64,000 bases of DNA from Polyangiaceae bacterium. GTDB taxonomy: Bacteria; Myxococcota_A; Polyangia; Polyangiales; Polyangiaceae. The stretch spans positions 448,001-512,000 of the forward strand of contig CBDCTZ010000005.1 of NCBI GenBank assembly GCA_965222375.1, read 5' to 3'. The notes beneath the pieces were generated by a model. The model was not told where the DNA came from. It saw nothing but the letters and a program-made list of their open reading frames with translations, and made no database searches. Below, piece by piece: positions 57,708 to 64,000 of this stretch; within the stretch, counting starts at the first letter, position 1; every line of letters starts with the position of its first letter. Position numbers and translations under genes: made by a program.

Positions 57708-58460
57708 CTAGCGGGCCCGGGCGAGGCGCTCGAGGCCCTCTACGCGGCTGACCAGGAACTTCTCCGCGGGTGACAGACTTGCCGACGCTTCACGCAGGGT
57801 TTCGACGTAGGCGGCGAAACGAGGCAGATCCACCGCACCAACTTTGCGCAGCGTGGTGTAGAGTTCGTCCACGACTTCTGCGGGCACCGGGCGGCGGAGC
57901 CCGTGATAGAGCGCGACGATGTAGTCCACCCACGTGCCCTTGCCCGTAGCATCAGCCAACTTGGCAGCGAAGTGCCCGGCTTGATCGATGCCAATCGGCA
58001 CGCGGCCGCTCTGGACTTCCCGCAGGGTGTCTGCCAGCAACGCTCCCAGAATGCGTTCCGCTTCTTCGCCCCGCCCCATCGCCAAAGCCTTCTGAGCCAG
58101 CGTTCCGACCACGGCGAATCGATCGAAGCGGTGAGTGGGCGCGCCCCTGGAGACGGCGCCGCCCGTGGAGGTCTCCCGAGGACCTAGCACGATGAGTTCT
58201 TGGGACCCAATCCCGATCCGGTCACCGACAGAAAGCTCGACGCTCCCGGTGCTGACGCGCTCGCCGTTGACGCGGATCCCGTTGCGGCTGCCCAGGTCCT
58301 CGACGACCAGGCGCCCATCGGCGAGGGTGAGCTTCGCGTGGTTCCGAGATACCAGGGGGTCGTCCAAGGAGACCTGGCAGTTGGCACTGCGCCCCACCAG
58401 AAACTGACCCTCAGTCAAGTCCAGTTCTTGTCGCAAATAGCGGATGCGGAATGTGCTCAT
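57708..58460 (-). CDS. FHA-domain protein (paralog 2)
   Basis: VGRS, VSRNHA, DLGSRNG; C-terminal domain homologous to paralog 1. ATG at 58460 overlaps the upstream stop. Confidence 0.9.
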   Translation of the reverse strand: MSTFRIRYLRQELDLTEGQFLVGRSANCQVSLDDPLVSRNHAKLTLADGRLVVEDLGSRNGIRVNGERVSTGSVELSVGDRIGIGSQELIVLGPRETSTGGAVSRGAPTHRFDRFAVVGTLAQKALAMGRGEEAERILGALLADTLREVQSGRVPIGIDQAGHFAAKLADATGKGTWVDYIVALYHGLRRPVPAEVVDELYTTLRKVGAVDLPRFAAYVETLREASASLSPAEKFLVSRVEGLERLARAR

Positions 58461-59338
58461 CCCCCGCTTCCGCCAGGCGGCTGCGTCAACATTTGCACCC
58501 GAGCCAGCGACGCAGCTTCTACGTCCGAAAGACCACCCCGCTGAGTTGCCTGCTCCACAACCCGGGTGGCGGCAGGCGCCAAAGAGGCGCGCTCGCTTGG
58601 AGGTAGGGTGCTCAAGCGTTGTGTAATGTGCTCGGCCGGGACAGCGCCCAGATTGGCGTAAACCGCGAGAATCCAGCGCCCCCACTCAGCCTCGCGCCGC
58701 TCCTTTGCCAAGGCCGCAGCCGCCTCCGCAAGGCGGTCCAAGTGCTCCATCTCGAGCCCTGCATTGGTGCGAAGGCGCTCCTCCACGTTCGCTTTGGAGC
58801 GTGCAAGCATGCGCTGCACATCGTCCCAGCGCTCCAAGGACACGGCCTTGTCGAGCACGTCCACCAGCAGCTCCAAAGTCCAGTTCTTGTCGTTTTCACC
58901 GACGATCCCACTGATCGTGTCCTCGTCCATGCGCTCGCGAGAACCGCAGGCAGGACACAGCAGCAGCTCAGCCGGGTACGGCAAGCCACAGTGAGCGCAA
59001 TGACACATGAACCCCGTCGGCCGAGTTCCCGGCCCGACTCCGGAGCGCGATTGGGAGCGGACCGCGCAGAACACCATTTCTTGGGTGCCGATCCGAATGC
59101 GGTCCCCATCTTTGAGCTCCGTCGGGCCGGCGATTGCGCGAGCATTCACGGTCAAGCCGTTGCGCGATCCCATGTCGCGGATCTTCGCGCCGTTGGCCTC
59201 GACGATAATCGCCGCGTGTTGCCGAGACACGAGCGGGTCCTCAATCGTGACATGGCACGACGCGCTGCGGCCAAGGATGGTTTCACCCGGAGGCAGGTCG
59301 ATTTCCTGGAGGAGAAAGCGGAGTCGGTAGCGCGGCAC
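58457..59338 (-). CDS. FHA-domain protein with zinc ribbon (paralog 3)
   Basis: LGRS, VSRQHA, DMGSRNG; CAHC...CPAC. Confidence 0.9.
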   Translation of the reverse strand: MPRYRLRFLLQEIDLPPGETILGRSASCHVTIEDPLVSRQHAAIIVEANGAKIRDMGSRNGLTVNARAIAGPTELKDGDRIRIGTQEMVFCAVRSQSRSGVGPGTRPTGFMCHCAHCGLPYPAELLLCPACGSRERMDEDTISGIVGENDKNWTLELLVDVLDKAVSLERWDDVQRMLARSKANVEERLRTNAGLEMEHLDRLAEAAAALAKERREAEWGRWILAVYANLGAVPAEHITQRLSTLPPSERASLAPAATRVVEQATQRGGLSDVEAASLARVQMLTQPPGGSGG

Positions 59339-59409
59339 GGGTTTCCCGGGCTGAGACGCCCATCACTACCGGAAACTACTCCCCCTGCACGCTGGCGTCA
59401 AAATGGGGG

Positions 59410-59850
59410 TCATAAGGACGGTGGTGACAGAGTCGCCAAAAAGCGCAGAACGAAACGGGGATGGCTGACGAGGCCGTATATCTTCAGCCGCCGCCCCGCC
59501 CAAGCACTAGCCAGCCGGCGTAGGGCAGCACGTGCATCCCTACCGCCTACCCAGAGTACCCCGCCGCGGGCTAGTGGCAAGCGCGTCAGTGCCTGAATGC
59601 TGTCACGGGTACCGCGCACTGTGACGGTGGGGACGCCTACCAGACCTTCATGAATGACTAGGCGGCCGAAATCGTAACGTAGCGTGAGCGCGCTTGCAGA
59701 GTCGTCAATCACCAGGCCCACCGTACCGCGCAGCTGCTCGAAGTTCTTGCGCCGGGATGGCGCACGGACGGCCTCCCCGACAGCCTTGGCCAGCGTCAGC
59801 GCCAAGGGTTCGTGCTCGGCGCCCGGTGCCAAATCGACGACAGGTTCCAC
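59410..59850 (-). CDS. SCP2 sterol/lipid-binding-like protein
   Basis: GTG start VEPVVDLAPGAE; TVGLVIDD...LTLRYDFG.LVIHEG...PTVTVRG; RLKIYG. Confidence 0.55.
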   Translation of the reverse strand: MEPVVDLAPGAEHEPLALTLAKAVGEAVRAPSRRKNFEQLRGTVGLVIDDSASALTLRYDFGRLVIHEGLVGVPTVTVRGTRDSIQALTRLPLARGGVLWVGGRDARAALRRLASAWAGRRLKIYGLVSHPRFVLRFLATLSPPSL

Positions 59851-59923
59851 GGCATGCGAATGGCCCCAAACCACGCGGCGGTCAAGCCTTGAACCCGAGG
59901 GGCGTGCAGGCCAGCATGCAGCC

Positions 59924-60739
59924 ATGAACCCTCGCTGCGCTTTCGGCTCGCCCTGGTGGCTCTGCTTTGCGCTCCTTTGCCTAGCCGCCGAGCCCGCCAC
60001 TGCACAAGCCGAGGCCACCGAGCCGCAACCCCCTGCCCCGCCCGCGCCGCCGGCCGCCCCCCCCGGCACGGCTCCAGGACCCGCGCCAAGCCGTGGCCCG
60101 CTACTGCCCGGGGATGCGACACCCTCAGCACCGATGCCAGAGGCGCCGGAAACCACCGCACCCAAGGCGAACGCGAAGGACAAGGCGAACGCGAAGGACA
60201 GCGCGAGCACGAAGGACAGCGCGAGCACGGACGCCGAAAAGGTGCGAGCGCGTCACGAGGCCGAGAGCGCCTTCGTGCACCTCTACGTCAATTTCCCCCA
60301 CGCTTGGCTGGAGCTCTCGAGCACTGTGGACAAAGGGGGTTTCCGTCGCGTCTGCCCGGCGCCCTGCGACGTTCCGGTTCGGGTAGCTGGGAAGGAGGCG
60401 CGAGTGGTCGCGCCGGGCATGACGCCCTCGAACGCGTTCCGGATCGAACCCGGCCGGGGCACGGCGCAATTCCGCGTCAATGGCGGCTCCGAGAGCACGA
60501 GACAGTGGGGCGTGATCGCGTTTTCTGCCGGCGTGCCGGTCGCCCTGGGCGGCATGGGTCTGTGGGGCTACGGCAAGGCCAAGGACAGCCAGGCCTTGCA
60601 AACCACAGGCATCATAGTGCTTGGCGTGGGAGCCGTCTCAGTGCTGGGCTCGCTGCCCCTGCTGGCCTCGGGCTCTACCCGAGTCCGGGACGCAAGAGGG
60701 CGCAGCATCGCCCGATCCGAATTTGCACCGAGGTTCTGA
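59924..60739 (+). CDS. Secreted/membrane hypothetical protein
   Basis: Signal peptide, Pro-rich linker, CPAPC beta domain, two C-terminal hydrophobic helices. Confidence 0.7.
   Translation: MNPRCAFGSPWWLCFALLCLAAEPATAQAEATEPQPPAPPAPPAAPPGTAPGPAPSRGPLLPGDATPSAPMPEAPETTAPKANAKDKANAKDSASTKDSASTDAEKVRARHEAESAFVHLYVNFPHAWLELSSTVDKGGFRRVCPAPCDVPVRVAGKEARVVAPGMTPSNAFRIEPGRGTAQFRVNGGSESTRQWGVIAFSAGVPVALGGMGLWGYGKAKDSQALQTTGIIVLGVGAVSVLGSLPLLASGSTRVRDARGRSIARSEFAPRF
60164..60232 (+). repeat. In-frame 18-bp tandem repeat (KANAKD x2, SASTKD, SASTD)
   Basis: AAGGCGAACGCGAAGGAC x2, then AGCGCGAGCACGAAGGAC and a partial copy. Confidence 0.8.
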
Positions 60740-60761
60740 GCGGCCCAGCCGCCGAGCTGGC

Positions 60762-61841
60762 TCAGCCCTGGAACTTCTTCATGAACGCGACCAGCGTGTC
60801 TATCCACTCGCGCGGCGCCGCGTTGTACATGGAAACGCGAATCCCACCTACGGAGCGGTGGCCCTTGAGCCCGGTCATGCCCTGCTCTTGCGCCTTGGCG
60901 ATGAAAGCCGCCTCGAGTTCGGGTGTGGGCAGGTTGAACACCACGTTCATGACGCTGCGACTCGCTTTTTCGACGGGACAGCGGAAGAAGTCAGCGCGCT
61001 CGTCGATAGCGGCATACAGAACGGCAGCCTTGTCGCGGTTGTGTTTTTCCATGGCGGCTAGGCCACCGCTGGCCTTCACGTGCGCCAGCACGTTTCGCAG
61101 CAAGTACACACCGAAGGTAGGCGGTGTGTTGTAAAGAGAGTTGGCGTCCGCGTGGGTGCGGTACTGAAAGATCGCGGGGATGTCTTTGCGCCCACCTTCG
61201 ACCAGGGACTTCCTCACGATCACGACAGTCACGCCGCTAGGCCCGAGGTTCTTCTGCGCCCCGGCATAGATCACACCGAATTGCGATACGTCCAGAGGGC
61301 GCCACAAAATGTCACTCGACATGTCAGCCACCAGTGGAACGGATCCGGTGTTTGGGAACTCGTGCCACTGAGTTCCGGCAATTGTGTTGTTGCTCGTTAT
61401 GTGTACGTAAGCCGCATTGGGGTCGAGCTTCAGCTCGCTGGTCGCCGGCACGCGGCAGAACTTCCCGTCTTGTTCTGTGGAGACGGCCAGCTGCGCATGG
61501 CCTACGGATTTGGCCTCCTTGAGAGCCTTCTTGGACCAGGAACCCGTGAGCACGTAGTCCGCCGCCTGCCCCGCGCCGAGCAGATTCATGGGCACCAAAG
61601 CGAACTGAGTACTGGCCCCACCCTGCATGAAAAGAATGTCGTAGGCGTCGGGCACGGCGTACAACTCACGCAGCAGAGCCAGCGCTTCGCCATGCACGGC
61701 CGCGTAGGCTTTGCCGCGGTGGCTGTGCTCGATGATGCTCATCCCGGTGGAGTCGACGTCCAACAGCTCCTTCTGGGCTCGCTCGAGGGCCGGAAGAGGT
61801 AGCGCCGCAGGGCCTGCGTTGAAGTTGATTGCTCGCGCCAT
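60762..61841 (-). CDS. serC: Phosphoserine aminotransferase
   Basis: [50 protein letters not shown]. Confidence 0.97.
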   Translation of the reverse strand: MARAINFNAGPAALPLPALERAQKELLDVDSTGMSIIEHSHRGKAYAAVHGEALALLRELYAVPDAYDILFMQGGASTQFALVPMNLLGAGQAADYVLTGSWSKKALKEAKSVGHAQLAVSTEQDGKFCRVPATSELKLDPNAAYVHITSNNTIAGTQWHEFPNTGSVPLVADMSSDILWRPLDVSQFGVIYAGAQKNLGPSGVTVVIVRKSLVEGGRKDIPAIFQYRTHADANSLYNTPPTFGVYLLRNVLAHVKASGGLAAMEKHNRDKAAVLYAAIDERADFFRCPVEKASRSVMNVVFNLPTPELEAAFIAKAQEQGMTGLKGHRSVGGIRVSMYNAAPREWIDTLVAFMKKFQG

Positions 61842-61910
61842 TTTCTTGGTCTCTCCAAAGTAAGAACTACCGGTCGCGTAGCGAAGGCGATGCGTTGCGT
61901 CAAGCCGGCT

Positions 61911-63185
61911 TTAGTTCAGCGCCCGCGCCGCTATGTCATTGCGCATCTGCATTCCAGGGAAGTGAATCTTCCCCGCAGCTTGGTAGGCGCGCTCGTGAGC
62001 TTGGCTCAAACTCGACCCCGTGGCGGTCACGCCCAGGACTCGGCCGCCATTGGTGACGATCTTATCGCCTTCGGCGCGCGTCCCAGCGTGGATCAGGGTG
62101 GTGCCCGGGGACTCGGCGGCCTGCGCCAAGCCCTCGATGACTACGCCCTTTTCGGCCCCCGCGGGATAGCCCCGGGAGGCAAGGACCACACAGACGGCAT
62201 GGCGCTCGCTGACCTGGACCACATGTGGGTCGAGCCGCCCACGCGCCGCAGACAGGAGCAGCTTAGCTACGTCTCCGTCGAGGAGCGCGGTGAGCACCTG
62301 GGTCTCCGGATCACCGAACCGCACGTTGAACTCCAGCAGCTTGGCTCTTCCGGCGTCGATCATCAGCCCAGCAAACAGCGCGCCACGGAAAGGACGGCCG
62401 TCCGCCGCCATGCCACGAACGGCGGGCTCCAAGATCTCTCGTCGGATCTTCTCCGCCATGGCGTCGGTGACGATGGGCGCGGGCGCGTAGGTGCCCATGC
62501 CCCCGGTATTGGGACCGGCGTCACCATCCAAGAGCCGCTTGTGGTCTTGGGCAACCGGCAGCACCAACATCTTCTCGCCATCGCAGATGGCGTGCACGCT
62601 GGCTTCTTGCCCAGTGAGCCGCTCCTCCAAGACTACCCGCTGGCCCGCAGCACCAAAGGCAGACCCGTCCAACATGCTGAGTGCGGCCTCACGCGCCTGC
62701 TCGTAGCTGTCCGCGACGGTGACGCCCTTGCCCGCGCAAAGCCCGTCCGCCTTCACCACCGGCGCTACGTCGAACTGTCCTAGTGCCTCTTCCAAGGCAT
62801 CAGCGCTCTCCACGATCCTCGCTCGCGCGGTCGGCAATCCATGACGCTTCGCGAAGTCCTTCATGAAAGCCTTGGACCCCTCGAGGGCTGCCGCAGCCTG
62901 GCTGGGGCCGAAGGTGTCAAAACCCGCTTCGCACATTTGATCCGATAGCCCGGCGCACAACGGCGCCTCGGGACCGATCACGACCAAGTCCGGCCGCAAG
63001 GACTTCGCCGCCAAAAGCGGTTCTTGGTCACAGTTGCTCAGGCGCTTCGAGCTACCCACGCCCGAAGCGGCCTGGGTGCCGCCGTTGCCAGGGCAAACCA
63101 CGACCTCCGAAACGGAGTCAGACCGCAGCAGGGAAATCGCGAGGGCATGTTCGCGCCCACCGGCGCCGATCAGGAGCGCTTTCAT
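61911..63185 (-). CDS. purD: Phosphoribosylamine--glycine ligase
   Basis: IGAGGREHAL, GPEAPL, LEGSKAF, KADGL.AGKGV, QDHKR, NTGGMG, EFNVRFGDPE. Confidence 0.97.
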   Translation of the reverse strand: MKALLIGAGGREHALAISLLRSDSVSEVVVCPGNGGTQAASGVGSSKRLSNCDQEPLLAAKSLRPDLVVIGPEAPLCAGLSDQMCEAGFDTFGPSQAAAALEGSKAFMKDFAKRHGLPTARARIVESADALEEALGQFDVAPVVKADGLCAGKGVTVADSYEQAREAALSMLDGSAFGAAGQRVVLEERLTGQEASVHAICDGEKMLVLPVAQDHKRLLDGDAGPNTGGMGTYAPAPIVTDAMAEKIRREILEPAVRGMAADGRPFRGALFAGLMIDAGRAKLLEFNVRFGDPETQVLTALLDGDVAKLLLSAARGRLDPHVVQVSERHAVCVVLASRGYPAGAEKGVVIEGLAQAAESPGTTLIHAGTRAEGDKIVTNGGRVLGVTATGSSLSQAHERAYQAAGKIHFPGMQMRNDIAARALN

Positions 63186-63318
63186 CGCACATCCACCTCC
63201 AAGGTGAGTCTGTGCCCGACGCTACACGCCCCCACGCCAGCGGCGCCAGGTGGAAAATCGTCGAAGCGTCGTTGATGCGAGACGCCAGACGCAGTAATCA
63301 TCCGGGTTCGAGGTTTTG

Positions 63319-63939
63319 GTGAGCGAGCCCCGATCCCTGCGAATCTGCCGCCCGTACCAAACGGAGGATGAGTACCTAGCTGCAGAAGCGTGGTCCATCG
63401 ACACGCGATCAGTCTTGCTCATCGATGAGCCCGAACTGCCACAAGGTGAGGTCGTCCGCTTCGAAATCGTCCTGGACGACGGCAGCAAGCCGATCCGCGC
63501 CGAAGGCGTCGTCTACAAGAAGGTGAAGGCTCGCCGCAAGCGGCCTGGCGGCTTGCGCGTGAAGCTCAAGAGGATGGGCGCGCAAACCAAGGCGTTCATC
63601 GACCGCGCAGTTGCCCACAAGAAGGCGCAGCGTTCGATCCCCCCACCGGCGCCCCCAGGCGAAGAGCCCGCCCCGCTGTCCTTGGAGCCCGTGTCGGAAA
63701 CTACGCCGGGCGAGATCGTCACCGACTCGAACCCGCACAGCTCACCCGGCACGTCCCCCGAAGGCAGCGTTTCGGGCGCCGCAGACAACTCCGCCAGCGC
63801 TGGCGGCGAAACGCGGTCCGAGGTCAAGCGGGTCGACGCCCCGCCCAATCGGGATGAGCTACTCTCGCGGCTCCGGGAAAGGGCCGCACAGCTGCAAAAG
63901 ACCGCAGCGCTCGATGAAGCCGAAGAGGAGAGCGCCTAG
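63319..63939 (+). CDS. Myxobacterial PilZ-like (TIGR02266-like) domain protein with acidic/Pro-rich tail
   Basis: GEVVRFEIVL.DG...IRAEGVV...GGLRVKLKRM...KAFIDR. No RxxxR c-di-GMP motif seen. Confidence 0.6.
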   Translation: MSEPRSLRICRPYQTEDEYLAAEAWSIDTRSVLLIDEPELPQGEVVRFEIVLDDGSKPIRAEGVVYKKVKARRKRPGGLRVKLKRMGAQTKAFIDRAVAHKKAQRSIPPPAPPGEEPAPLSLEPVSETTPGEIVTDSNPHSSPGTSPEGSVSGAADNSASAGGETRSEVKRVDAPPNRDELLSRLRERAAQLQKTAALDEAEEESA

Positions 63940-64000
63940 GGCATTGGCAAGGCGTCGACGACATCGCGCTTGCCGCGAGCATGGGCTCGGCGCACCAGGC

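Noticed and set aside
60762..61841. serC as part of the phosphoserine-decarboxylation hypothesis
   Set aside because: It lies about 39 kb from the inositol locus next to purD; ordinary housekeeping context, so no evidence of linkage.

Overview
High-GC bacterial DNA. The gene content (PEGA, zinc-ribbon/GYF, TIGR02266-like PilZ, many FHA proteins and Gly/Cys-rich lipoproteins) points to a myxobacterium, probably Polyangiaceae-like (inference). Housekeeping genes recognised are lon, fmt, sodB, serC, purD, a bcp-type peroxiredoxin and tRNA-Leu(CAA). Six features stand out. (1) An inositol/phospho-headgroup locus: MIPS, two different cytidylyltransferases (one an IPCT-like domain fused to a HisC/CobD-like PLP enzyme) and a CDP-alcohol phosphotransferase. 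(2) Four tandem Cys-rich vWA/MIDAS lipoprotein paralogs with a hypervariable loop and mosaic similarity. (3) An Hsp70 with a ~440-aa Pro-rich insert between NBD and SBD and no lid, coupled to a J-protein behind a consensus sigma-54 promoter. (4) A full-length METTL9/DREV-like methyltransferase. (5) A Bcp peroxiredoxin with a histone-H1-like tail. (6) A decayed ~5.5-kb island at tRNA-Leu(CAA) bounded by a ~190-bp direct repeat, with inverted arm-like sites and integrase/IS66 remnants. All family calls come from motif recognition by eye; no database searches were run. Many start codons were re-picked from the ORF track.
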